The notes below the pieces were generated by a model. It saw only the letters and a list, made by a program, of their open reading frames with translations, was not told the DNA's origin and made no database searches. DNA of 63,622 bases, filler included, from Folioceros fuciformis (Eukaryota), in NCBI GenBank assembly GCA_049999805.1. It is 9 parts of 9 records of this genome, joined end to end, with 100 filler letters (N's around TTAATTAATTAA, not from the genome) between each part and the next. Parts side by side here need not be neighbours in the genome. Positions count along the whole stretch, not along the records: positions 37,388 to 50,781 come from JBNGIO010004394.1; positions 50,882 to 52,099 come from JBNGIO010004395.1; positions 52,200 to 58,452 come from JBNGIO010004396.1; positions 58,553 to 60,374 come from JBNGIO010004397.1; positions 60,475 to 61,830 come from JBNGIO010004398.1; 4 more parts are not named here. One strand, written 5' to 3'. Every line of letters starts with the position of its first letter. Position 1 is the first letter of the stretch. This document shows positions 50,001 to 61,930 of the stretch, piece after piece. A program made the translations under genes and the position numbers.

Positions 50001-50781
50001 CAAAACCTTCTGGTTGGCTCATGTAGACAGTCTCCTCTAGCACACCATTGAGAAAAGTGGTCTGTACATCCATTTGATGTACATTATATCCTTTGGCAGC
50101 TGCTATAGCTAACAGTGTCCTAACAGATGACGAGCGTACAACTGGGGAAAAAGTTTCATTATAATCAATGCCATCACGCTGGGAGAAACCACGCACCACT
50201 AGTCGAGCCTTGAAGCGTGCCGTGGTGCCATTAGGATTAAGTTTACGCTTGAAAACCCAGCGGTTCGAGATTGGTGTCCTACCAGGGGGTAAATCCTCCA
50301 ACACCCATGTCTCATTTTCAATCAACGAGTTGAATTCTGAATTTATGGCTTCTAGCCATTTTTCTCTGTCCACTGACATGACTGCTTCTTGGTATGACTG
50401 CGGCTCCCCTAAGTCAGATGTTGCCATAAAAGCTTGGACTAACATGGCTGAATGTAGCTGGTGTCCCTCCATGGCATAAGGTACCTCATTCCACTGAAGA
50501 GGTGATGTGGTGTGTCTACGTGATGATCTTCGTGGCTGAGCTGCTATTGAATCCAAGGTTTGTTGAATGGTTTGGTCACTAGCACTACTCATGTGAGTTT
50601 GACCATCTAAATCTGGAGCTCCCATTGACTCGTGATCACTGTCGTCATCTTTAGGGTCTGAAACCCCATGCTGATTTAGGGGTTTTCCAGATTCATCAAC
50701 CATTTCAGGATGTTGAGTCCTGCCATGGTTTGAATGGCTAGTTGACTGACCAACACTGCCGTATGTAACTTCATCTGTTTC
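44090..50781 (-). mobile_element. Second copy of 37388-44079 (assembly duplicate; solo LTR 45793-47043, extra ORF 47670-48158, LTR 48526-48730)
   Basis: Identical ORF set at offset 6702, separated by N10. Confidence 0.93.
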
Positions 50782-50881
50782 NNNNNNNNNNNNNNNNNNN
50801 NNNNNNNNNNNNNNNNNNNNNNNNNTTAATTAATTAANNNNNNNNNNNNNNNNNNNNNNNNNNNNNNNNNNNNNNNNNNNN
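50782..50881. other. Artificial scaffold spacer
   Basis: N44-TTAATTAATTAA-N44. Confidence 0.98.
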
Positions 50882-52099
50882 GCCGCTGCCACCTTGAGCA
50901 GCAGGAGCAGGCATCTTTGCCGATCCTTGCTGCTGAGAGGAGGCGGCTGTTCTAGTCGGCTTGCTCACAAACCGCCCTAGCTTGTCACGATGGCAGACAC
51001 AACGCTTTGCAGGAGGGGAGTCAGTAGCTGAAGACGTCATCTTGAGCTCAGAGATCCTACGCCCCAACGGCTTACAAATAAAGGACTTGAAGCGAGGAGG
51101 GATGCTATAAGGGTCGCGACACACCTGCTACCTAAGTTTGTGCACTAGTTTGCTACCCTAGTTTTATCACTAGAAATATCATTTATAGGTATGCATTCTA
51201 GTAGTGATAATCAAGTTGCAATTTGTTCATTATGATATGAAAGTCTAAAAACCGACTAATCTTGCACTAAATGGTAAACTTTAGTCAAGCAATGGTCAAC
51301 TAGCACCTAACATAATGTGTTCACATTCACAAACGATAAACTCTAGTCACGTATTGGCCAACTAGCACCCAACATGATGTGTTCACATTCACAAAGAATA
51401 AACTCTAATTGGGCATTAACTAACTAGCACCTAACATGATGTGATCAAATTCACAAATAAGAACTAACTTAAAAGGTCAAAACATNNNNNNNNNNGCCGC
51501 TGCCACCTTGAGCAGCAGGAGCAGGCATCTTTGCCGATCCTTGCTGCTGAGAGGAGGCGGCTGTTCTAGTCGGCTTGCTCACAAACCGCCCTAGCTTGTC
51601 ACGATGGCAGACACAACGCTTTGCAGGAGGGGAGTCAGTAGCTGAAGACGTCATCTTGAGCTCAGAGATCCTACGCCCCAACGGCTTACAAATAAAGGAC
51701 TTGAAGCGAGGAGGGATGCTATAAGGGTCGCGACACACCTGCTACCTAAGTTTGTGCACTAGTTTGCTACCCTAGTTTTATCACTAGAAATATCATTTAT
51801 AGGTATGCATTCTAGTAGTGATAATCAAGTTGCAATTTGTTCATTATGATATGAAAGTCTAAAAACCGACTAATCTTGCACTAAATGGTAAACTTTAGTC
51901 AAGCAATGGTCAACTAGCACCTAACATAATGTGTTCACATTCACAAACGATAAACTCTAGTCACGTATTGGCCAACTAGCACCCAACATGATGTGTTCAC
52001 ATTCACAAAGAATAAACTCTAATTGGGCATTAACTAACTAGCACCTAACATGATGTGATCAAATTCACAAATAAGAACTAACTTAAAAGGTCAAAACAT
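50882..52099. repeat. 604-bp unit written twice around N10; contains a ~62-bp tandem repeat (3 copies)
   Basis: 50882-51485 = 51496-52099; AACTAGCACCTAACATGATGTGTTCACATTCACAAA unit. Confidence 0.9.
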
Positions 52100-52199
52100 N
52101 NNNNNNNNNNNNNNNNNNNNNNNNNNNNNNNNNNNNNNNNNNNTTAATTAATTAANNNNNNNNNNNNNNNNNNNNNNNNNNNNNNNNNNNNNNNNNNNN
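52100..52199. other. Artificial scaffold spacer
   Basis: N44-TTAATTAATTAA-N44. Confidence 0.98.
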
Positions 52200-53125
52200 G
52201 CACTTTCTTCTTGGGAGTACAAGCTATCATCAATAAGCAGTCTGGAACAATTGTGCTACACCAAAAACATTACGTAGACAGACTTCTGGATAAGTTTAAC
52301 ATGAAAGATGCAAAACCCTCAGCTACTCCAGTTGCAGTGGGAGCAGTACTCACACAGGAACAATGCCCTACCAGCCAGATAGAAATCCAGGAGATGTCTC
52401 ATGTTCCCTACAGAATGTTGGTGGGCTGTCTACTGTGGTTGAGTTCGTGGACGCGACCAGATATTGCATTTGCTACTTCAGTTGTTTCTCAATTCTTGTC
52501 AAATCCGGGGCAACAGCACTGGTCTGCAGCAAAGAGAATTCTACGATATCTTAAAGGCACAGCTGGTTATGGCTTGCAGTATAAGAAGGAATCGAGTAGT
52601 CTGCTTGAGCTTACTTGTCATTCGGATTCAGACTGGGCAGCTGACAGAGATACGAGAAGATCTGTTTCTGCCTTCTGTGTGAAATTGGATGGAAACTTGG
52701 TGAGCTGGTCCTCGAAAAAACAGTCGGTGGTTGCTCTGTCGTCGACTGAGGCTGAATATTCAGCACTAACATCTGCAGCGCAAGAGATTATGCATATGAG
52801 ATCTTTCCTGCAGACATTGGGACATGAGCAGAGTCAACCTACTTGCATTTGGTGCGGCAATCAGTCAGCAATGGCGATTGCAAGAAACCCTATCGCACAT
52901 TCCAGAACGAGGCACATAGAAGTCAAACAACATTTTATCCGCAAGGCAGTCGAGGACAAAGTTATTGAATTAAATTATGTAAACACCATTGACAATATTG
53001 CTGATAAGCTTACAAAGGCATTGGGAAAGAGTGTACATGTGAGGCACACAACTGGTCTAGGTGTCGTTCAAGTCACACAGACGCCAGCAAGTTCAAGTCA
53101 CGAACTATCAATAGGTTCGAATTGA
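52200..53125 (+). CDS. pol: Copia RT C-terminus/RNase H (partial)
   Basis: TRPDIAF, RYLKGT, SDSDWA, SSTEAEY, RHIEV, ADKLTKAL; same family as scaffold D. Confidence 0.93.
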
Positions 53126-53177
53126 AAGAAGAAAAGAAAAAGTTTTTTGATATGTTGCCAGCAAGCCTAAGTGGGAG

Positions 53178-53383
53178 TAAAGAAAGTACTTGAAATTAGT
53201 ATAGTCTAGCAGTAGCATATCGAAATAGTTAAATAGAATAAGCTAGTTTATTATATATATGCAAATATCGAGATATGAACAAATCCCCTAACTGAATAAC
53301 CTAACCGCTCTCAACTGACAAGAGTGTTCATAAAGACATTCAGCCGTAATGCAATTCGTACTTGTTCGTTCTAAATGTTTCTA
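53178..53383 (+). repeat. LTR (206 bp, TA...TA) followed by PBS 53384-53395
   Basis: Preceded by AAGTGGGAG, followed by TGGTATCAGAGC and leader sequence. Confidence 0.8.
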
Positions 53384-53895
53384 TGGTATCAGAGCAGGTT
53401 TCCAGGTGGTGGTGTCCGCAGGCATTTTGATTGAGTGCGGCATGATAAGGAATCACTATCAGATGGCTGTGGCTAGATTTTTCGGGCTGTCGTGATTTCG
53501 CACTTGCAAAATCAGTGCGATGGCTTCTGCAATATTGTGCGAACAAACTNNNNNNNNNNNNNNNNNNNNNNNNNNNNNNNNNNNNNNNNNNNNNNNNNNN
53601 NNNNNNNNNNNNNNNNNNNNNNNNNNNNNNNNNNNNNNNNNNNNNNNNNAAGCAAACAAGGCCTTAGGCACATATTTCCAACCTCGCCGCACATTTGCAA
53701 GCAAACTTAAGCGCAACTCTTGTGCCTAAGCAAACTAACCTTTTCTTCCAACGGTCTATTTAAAAATTACTTTGTGCGCAAGGACACACGAACTTATGAC
53801 CATCTTTTAAATGTAACTGAGGTAACATTATGTATATGTTCAATATTGATTTCTTGCCTTCTTCTTTGACCTAGTGTCTTTTTGTTGCTTTTACG

Positions 53896-54078
53896 TAAAA
53901 AAGTACTTTAAGTTAGTTTAGTCTAGCAATAGCATATCGAAATAGTCAAATAGAATAAGTTAATTTATTGTATATATGTAGATATCGAGGTAACCTAACT
54001 GCTTTCAACTGTCAAGAGTGCTTCTTAAAGAGATTCAGCTGTAATACAAATCCTCTTGTTCGATCTAAAAACTTTCTA
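53896..54078 (+). repeat. 5' LTR (183 bp, TA...TA) followed by PBS 54079-54090
   Basis: Similarity to the other LTRs starts at TAAAAAAG after unrelated flank; PBS TGGTATTAGAGC. Confidence 0.8.
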
Positions 54079-54428
54079 TGGTATTAGAGCAGGTTTCTAG
54101 ATGGTGGCATCCATAGGCATTCACATCGAGCGCGGCATAATATAGAATCACTACCAAATGCGTCCGGCTAGATTTTTTGGGGTGTCGTGATTGCGCGCTT
54201 GCAAAATCCGTGCAATGGCTTATACAGTATTGTGCGAACAAACTCCTGCAGTTTCCAGTATGCAGGCCAGCAAATTCATGGGCGCACATGCGTTTCTGTG
54301 TGTGCGTACCCACGATTCTCTGTCGGCATGCCTGGGCAAGCACATCTGCAGGCTAGCTGCTACACAGATAGGCGCGTATGTGCAGCTTTTTCTTGTCTGA
54401 GGCTTTATGCACGTGAATTGTGTGCGCC

Positions 54429-54917
54429 ATGCCGCACAGAGGCCGCGATAGAGGGCGCCGTGTAGGTCGGCAGAGCAGAGATTTCTCACTAAGCTTTCTG
54501 GCAAGCGTAGGAGAGACTCTTTCTCGAACCCTTAGGTACGGAGATTGCCGCAATCGGCACCTCCCCTCTTCTACACCTACACCGAGAAGAAGACCATGTT
54601 TGCAGTCATTCAATCATTCAAAAGAAGACCTTGTTTGCTCATACTGTAAGCAATCGGGGCGCCCAGCTAGTAGAGCGGGCTTAGCCTCACCCGATCAATT
54701 GCCCTCTTTGATTAAGGGGTTGCATGATCATATCACGGTTCTGGAGCATATCCTCGAGAGAGTATTTGTAAGGCTGCAAATTATTCCTGATACGACGTCG
54801 GTGATTCAATCATCAGCCCCTGTTAGAGACTGTCAACAAAATGAGGACGCACTCAATTCTATTAAGGTGGCATGTCCAGTATGCCACTTAAGAGAGCCAC
54901 TTCCGCAGAAAAACTGA
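54429..54917 (+). CDS. Extra ORF upstream of gag (162 aa from the ATG)
   Basis: Homolog of 40968-41456 with the same start and stop positions. Confidence 0.65.
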   Translation: MPHRGRDRGRRVGRQSRDFSLSFLASVGETLSRTLRYGDCRNRHLPSSTPTPRRRPCLQSFNHSKEDLVCSYCKQSGRPASRAGLASPDQLPSLIKGLHDHITVLEHILERVFVRLQIIPDTTSVIQSSAPVRDCQQNEDALNSIKVACPVCHLREPLPQKN

Positions 54918-55057
54918 GAGAGGCTGGGCAGCCTCGTCGCTGGGGTAGGCCTAGGTCGTATTCTCCACCCCCATCAAAATCACGAGACTGGTTTTCGGGC
55001 AGTCTGCCAACTTGGCTCACGCAATCAATTGCATATCAACGAAGAATTCAACCAAGC

Positions 55058-58000
55058 ATGACGACTTCAATGAAACTCGATTTTAAAGACAAGGACTGAT
55101 TCTCAGGGTCCAACTATGATGTCTGGGCACACAGGGTTAAGACCCTTCTGATGATAGAAGACCTGTGGGAGGTGGTGGATGGTTCTGCTCCCCACCCGGG
55201 ACAAAACGCAATGTCAGCAGACATTACGGCATGGAATAAGAAGGACTTGAAGGCCAGAGCCATCCTGGAATTCACAATTGACAACAGCATGATACACCAT
55301 ATAGAGGACGCCACAACAGCGCATCTAGCATGGACAGCCTTGGCCCAGATGTTTGCTACGACGAATCAGTCGTCTTTGGTCCACGCCACTCGTTCGTTCT
55401 GGAATTGTAAAATGAAAGAATCTGAGACAGTAGAGGAGCATGTGATGCACTTCAGGCATTTGAGGCAGAAGTTGGCAGCAACAGGGACGAAGGTCTTTGA
55501 ACTCCAGGCATCTGTTGCACTCCTCATGTCCCTGCCAGACAGATTCCGAGTTTTTGTGAGCACGCAGAATAGTAACCTGCGAACAGCAGCAGCGACAGCA
55601 GTCTCACTGTCAAATACTATCGGAGCACTACTAGAAGAGGAGGCTTCGATGAATTCAGGCAGGCCGCAAGCACAAACCTCGCATGGCCGTATACTCTACG
55701 CCGGGAGAGGAGCAAGAGGAGGCAGAGGAGGCAGATTCCCACATCGAACAAGTTGGCAAAGTAGGTCAACAGTTGTGGGAACACGTCCTCCATCCAATCC
55801 TAATCACAAGAAATTAACCTGTAACTGGTGCAGAAACATGGGACATATTGAGGCAGATTGTCGTAAGAAACGTTCAGGTGAGCCACGAAAGACAGGCTCA
55901 CCAGAAGCAAATGTGATCACTAAGTCAAAGGCATCAAGTTCGAATACTATCTTGACAGTTTTTCTTGCACACACCAAGTCTGATGAACATTCTTGGTACA
56001 TAGACTCCGGGGCATCAGCTCATATATGCTATAACAGAAATAGCTTTAATGACTATCAAGCGTATTCACCTGGACAATTTGTCCTGCTGGGCGATGAGAG
56101 TGGACTGAATATTGCTGGAGTTGGAACCGTGAAGATTCGATTGAATGATGGTTCTACCAGATGTTTGAAACAGGTCCTGCATGTACCTCAGATGGTTAAG
56201 AATCTACTATCTGTTAGACATGTATGTCAGGAGTGGAATGTGAAAGTAAGCTTTGATCAAAACATGTCCAACCTTACTGATGTCAAGACAGAAATGGTAG
56301 TTGCCTTAGGAGCTCTTGACTCGGATCTATACAGACTTGACTGCCACACCCACTTTGGAAATGACTTGGACAAACAGCATGCTCGAGCGCACTTAGCAAA
56401 ACATTTGGATGAAGATAGTACTCAGCTACTATGGCACTGTCGGTTGGGGCACCCAAATTATAACAAAATGAAAGATGGTTGGAAAGGATCTGTACCAAGA
56501 TGACGTGCCCTGGACAATTCAAGATGTAGATGTGCTCTGTGAGGCTTGTCTGTACGCAAAACTCCCTAAACAGAATGTGAAGAAACCACATGAACAAAAT
56601 AGAGCTTCGGAAACCCTAGCCGTTGTACATACTGATCTTTGCGGGCCCATGTCTGTTAAGTCTCTGGGAGGAGCTCTATATTTCATGGTGCTGGTGGACG
56701 ATTATAGTCGTTTCACAATTACATATTTTCTGCGTCACAAGTCAGAGGCTCTGGAGAGATTTGTTGACTATGTTAACTATTCGCAAAGACAAATTGGAAA
56801 TAAGGTCAAGGTTTTGCGAAGCGATGGAGGTGGAGAGTTTACTGGTCGTGAATTTCAAGAGTATTGTAGGTCGTCTGGAATTGGCAGACAGATCACGGTT
56901 TCGTATACTTCCAGTCAGAATCCACTTGTAGAGTCTAAAAATCAGTACCTGCAAGAAACAGCCAAGGCCATGCTATATCAGTCTGGGCTGTCAAGGAGGT
57001 ATTGGGCTGAGGCGGTACACACAGCCACTTATCTTCTAAATCGACTTCCTACTGCAGCCTTCATGAACTCCACGCCTTTCGAGCGCTGGACTGGCAGAAA
57101 ACCAACGATATCACATCTTAGAATTTTTGGGTGCAAAGTTTACATACATGTACCTAAAGAGATTCGAACAAAGCTCGACTACAAGGCAAAACAGATGCTC
57201 TTCGTTGGATACACAGAAGGCGTTAAGGGATATAAGGTCTATGACCCAGGCACAGGCAGAGCTACGCATGCTCGTTTCGGGAAGTTTGACGAGAGGTCCA
57301 TATTAACTACATCACTACACAAGTTAAATGAGAACAGAATACCTGCTAGTGATCTTGAAGAAGCAGAAACATGTGAAGTTACCTACGGCAGTGTTGGCCA
57401 GGCTTCGCAAGTGCCGTCTAACCATTCGAACTATGGCAGGACTCAACATACTGAAACTGTTGGTGAACCAGGAAAATCTCTGAATCTGCAGGAGGTTTTG
57501 GACCCTGTAGATGAGGACAGTGATCACGAGTCAATGGGAGCTCATGATTCAGATGGTCACACTCTCATGAGCAGTGCTAGTGACCAAAGCATTCAACAAA
57601 CCATGGATTCAGTAGCAGCTCAGCCACGAAGATCGTCACGTAGACACACCACATCACCTCTTGATTGGAATGAGGTACCTTATGCCATGGAGGGACACCA
57701 GCTGCATTCAGCCATGTTAGTCCAAGCTCTTATCGCAACATCTGACTTAGGGGAGCCACAGTCATATCAAGAAGCAGTTATGTCAGTGGACAAAGAAAAA
57801 TGGCTCGAAGCCATAAATTCAGAATTCAATTCGTTGATTGAAAATGAGACATGGGTGTTGGAGGAGTTACCACCTGGTAGGACACCAATCTCTAACCGCT
57901 GGGTTTTCAAGCGTAAACTGAATCCCGATGGCACCACAGCACGGTTCAAGGCTCGATTAGTGGTGCGTGGTTTCTCCCAGCGTGAAGGCATTGATTATAA

Positions 58001-58452
58001 CGAAACTTTTTCCCCAGTTGTGCGCTCATCTTCTGTTTGGACACTGTTAGCCATAGCAGCTGTCAAAGGATATAATGTACATCAAATGGATGTACAGACT
58101 GCCTTTCTCAATGGTGTGCTGGAAGAGACTGTCTATATGAGCCAACCAGAAGGCTTCGTCAGTAAGAAACACCCTAAGCGTGTCTGTAGATTGAAGAAAA
58201 CTCAGTATGGGCTGAAACAAGCGCCCAGGGCCTGGAACAGGCGTTTGCATAATTTCTTGCTTAAGCACGGTTTCAAGCAGTCGGCAGCCGATGGAAGCGT
58301 ATACATCTACAGGCAAGGAAATGAGGTGACATACTTAGCTGTTTATGTAGATGAAACCCTCATTATAGGGTCTTCAATGCATATAGTCGATGAAGTTAAA
58401 AGAAATTTGTCGCTGGAGTTTAAGATGACGGATGTAGGGCAGTGCACTTTCT
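55058..58452 (+). pseudogene. pol: Copia gag-PR-IN-RT with one nonsense codon and one frameshift
   Basis: LWEVVDG, CNWCRNMGHIEADC, WYIDSGASAH, WHCRLGH, HTD/RSDGG, FKARLV, QMDV, YGLKQ, YVDE; TGA at 55097-55099, frameshift near 56475. Confidence 0.93.
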
Positions 58453-58552
58453 NNNNNNNNNNNNNNNNNNNNNNNNNNNNNNNNNNNNNNNNNNNNTTAA
58501 TTAATTAANNNNNNNNNNNNNNNNNNNNNNNNNNNNNNNNNNNNNNNNNNNN
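58453..58552. other. Artificial scaffold spacer
   Basis: N44-TTAATTAATTAA-N44. Confidence 0.98.
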
Positions 58553-59265
58553 TTCTAATATACTATCTAGTATAGAGTTTCTATCTAGTTTAGATATAGG
58601 TAGTATTATAATAGTCTAGTAATTTTTCTTATTCTCTTTCTCTATTTAGAAAAGAATATTAAGTATTTAGTTAGAGATATTATAGCCTTCTCTACTTATT
58701 ATACTACTAATATAATATATTACCTTATTCTTAAACTTATAGTTTCTAGTAAAGTACTTAGGTTTACTATAGTTATAGTATGTCTTTTTATTATCTTTAT
58801 CTCTTTTTTTTATAGATTTCTTCTATTTCTTATCTTTCTAATTAATATTATCTAAGTATATTACTTTAAGTTAGCTAAAAATATAATATTCTATAGTATA
58901 AGCTCTTTAGAAGCCTTAAGAGTAGGCGTATCTTTTTTTCTTTATATTAGCTAGATTATCTTATTAATAAAAGCTTTATTCTTTAAGCTTTAATTTATAT
59001 AGCTTATTATTAATATAGATACTTTTATTAAGAAGTTTCTTAAATATATTAAGACTTAATCTACTATATATAAGTTTAGTATATACCTGTCTCTTATACA
59101 CATCTTAGAAAATCCTCTTAAAGGCGTTATTATTCTAATTTATTCTAGTAGAAATTTATTAGAATTAAGTAGTATACTTAGTAACTAATTTAGTCTATTA
59201 TAAGTACTAAATTTAGTATTTAGTCTAAGCTTCTTTCTTCTAGACTCTAAAAATAGTTCTAAAGT

Positions 59266-59318
<53 letters not shown>

Positions 59319-60181
59319 ATATTATTATTTATATACTTAGTAAAAAAAGAGGTTACTTAATCTTAGACTTTTTCTCTTATATAGATAGTAACTAAGATAA
59401 CTTAATTATTAGTATTAATATTAGAGTTAAGGTAGAAGTAGATATTCTACTAGATAATNNNNNNNNNNTTCTAATATACTATCTAGTATAGAGTTTCTAT
59501 CTAGTTTAGATATAGGTAGTATTATAATAGTCTAGTAATTTTTCTTATTCTCTTTCTCTATTTAGAAAAGAATATTAAGTATTTAGTTAGAGATATTATA
59601 GCCTTCTCTACTTATTATACTACTAATATAATATATTACCTTATTCTTAAACTTATAGTTTCTAGTAAAGTACTTAGGTTTACTATAGTTATAGTATGTC
59701 TTTTTATTATCTTTATCTCTTTTTTTTATAGATTTCTTCTATTTCTTATCTTTCTAATTAATATTATCTAAGTATATTACTTTAAGTTAGCTAAAAATAT
59801 AATATTCTATAGTATAAGCTCTTTAGAAGCCTTAAGAGTAGGCGTATCTTTTTTTCTTTATATTAGCTAGATTATCTTATTAATAAAAGCTTTATTCTTT
59901 AAGCTTTAATTTATATAGCTTATTATTAATATAGATACTTTTATTAAGAAGTTTCTTAAATATATTAAGACTTAATCTACTATATATAAGTTTAGTATAT
60001 ACCTGTCTCTTATACACATCTTAGAAAATCCTCTTAAAGGCGTTATTATTCTAATTTATTCTAGTAGAAATTTATTAGAATTAAGTAGTATACTTAGTAA
60101 CTAATTTAGTCTATTATAAGTACTAAATTTAGTATTTAGTCTAAGCTTCTTTCTTCTAGACTCTAAAAATAGTTCTAAAGT

Positions 60182-60234
<53 letters not shown>

Positions 60235-60374
60235 ATATTATTATTTATATACTTAGTAAAAAAAGAGGTTACTTAATCTTAGACTTTTTCTCTTATATAG
60301 ATAGTAACTAAGATAACTTAATTATTAGTATTAATATTAGAGTTAAGGTAGAAGTAGATATTCTACTAGATAAT
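58553..60374. other. AT-rich, CpA/TpG-depleted 906-bp unit written twice (RIP-like, probable fungal contaminant)
   Basis: 58553-59458 = 59469-60374; TA-rich, almost no CA/TG outside the adapter; long poly-A. Confidence 0.75.
59087..59105 (+). other. Tn5 mosaic end / Nextera adapter (second copy 60003-60021)
   Basis: Exact CTGTCTCTTATACACATCT. Confidence 0.97.
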
Positions 60375-60474
60375 NNNNNNNNNNNNNNNNNNNNNNNNNN
60401 NNNNNNNNNNNNNNNNNNTTAATTAATTAANNNNNNNNNNNNNNNNNNNNNNNNNNNNNNNNNNNNNNNNNNNN
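60375..60474. other. Artificial scaffold spacer
   Basis: N44-TTAATTAATTAA-N44. Confidence 0.98.
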
Positions 60475-61830
60475 CACAGGTCTTAGACAGTTTTTCTAGT
60501 GACTGTAAATGCACGCAGCCCACATGCTGCACTATGTTTATAATGTTTGATCTTTGGTAGTCCTTTTGTTAGGAGATCAGCTGTGTTATCTTCAGTGTTC
60601 ACATATTCAACTTTAACCAGTCCTCTCTTAGCCACATCTCTTATATAGTGATGGTATAATTCGATGTGCTTTGTTCGAGCATGAAACCGGGGGTTGGACA
60701 CAAGGGCAATAGCAGACATGTTGTCACATTTTAGCTGAGTTGATCCAACTTGTGTTTGTTGTACAAAATCAAGGAATTGGCACTCCCACTCAGCTTCTTT
60801 ACATGCATCTGTTAAGGCCTTGTATTCAGCCTTAGTGGAGGACAAAGCTAACAAAGTTTGCTTTTTGCAGCTCCCGCTGACAACACCTGAAGCCAAGATA
60901 AAGCAATATGCTGAAAGGCTCCTCCTAGTGTCAGAATCAGCTGCCCAATCAGCATAAGCAAAAGAGGTCAGTATAAATTTATTGTGTCCACTAGCTGTAT
61001 AGTGAAGTCCCCAATTTAGTGTGCCTCTTAAATACCGATAAATTCTCTTAACTGCTGACTAGTGAGTTCTCCCAGGTGCCTTCAAGAACTGGGAAACAAG
61101 GCTAACAGCATAGGAAATATCTGGACGGGTCCAGTTAGCAAGGAAAANNNNNNNNNNCACAGGTCTTAGACAGTTTTTCTAGTGACTGTAAATGCACGCA
61201 GCCCACATGCTGCACTATGTTTATAATGTTTGATCTTTGGTAGTCCTTTTGTTAGGAGATCAGCTGTGTTATCTTCAGTGTTCACATATTCAACTTTAAC
61301 CAGTCCTCTCTTAGCCACATCTCTTATATAGTGATGGTATAATTCGATGTGCTTTGTTCGAGCATGAAACCGGGGGTTGGACACAAGGGCAATAGCAGAC
61401 ATGTTGTCACATTTTAGCTGAGTTGATCCAACTTGTGTTTGTTGTACAAAATCAAGGAATTGGCACTCCCACTCAGCTTCTTTACATGCATCTGTTAAGG
61501 CCTTGTATTCAGCCTTAGTGGAGGACAAAGCTAACAAAGTTTGCTTTTTGCAGCTCCCGCTGACAACACCTGAAGCCAAGATAAAGCAATATGCTGAAAG
61601 GCTCCTCCTAGTGTCAGAATCAGCTGCCCAATCAGCATAAGCAAAAGAGGTCAGTATAAATTTATTGTGTCCACTAGCTGTATAGTGAAGTCCCCAATTT
61701 AGTGTGCCTCTTAAATACCGATAAATTCTCTTAACTGCTGACTAGTGAGTTCTCCCAGGTGCCTTCAAGAACTGGGAAACAAGGCTAACAGCATAGGAAA
61801 TATCTGGACGGGTCCAGTTAGCAAGGAAAA
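60475..61830 (-). pseudogene. pol: Copia RT/RNase H fragment, 673-bp unit written twice around N10
   Basis: TRPDI, ADWAAD, LSSTKAEY, KHIELYHH, ADLLTK; 60475-61147 = 61158-61830. Confidence 0.9.
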
Positions 61831-61930
61831 NNNNNNNNNNNNNNNNNNNNNNNNNNNNNNNNNNNNNNNNNNNNTTAATTAATTAANNNNNNNNNNNNNN
61901 NNNNNNNNNNNNNNNNNNNNNNNNNNNNNN
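61831..61930. other. Artificial scaffold spacer
   Basis: N44-TTAATTAATTAA-N44. Confidence 0.98.

Noticed and set aside
37388-50781. 6.7-kb perfect tandem duplication
   Set aside because: The same whole-scaffold doubling around N10 occurs in E, G, H and I, so it is a systematic assembly output artefact
55097-55099. In-frame TGA near the gag start as a readthrough site
   Set aside because: The homolog in scaffold D has CGA (Arg); an ordinary CpG transition
59087-59105. Tn5 end as bacterial transposon transfer
   Set aside because: It is the synthetic mosaic end used in library preparation, with no transposase nearby
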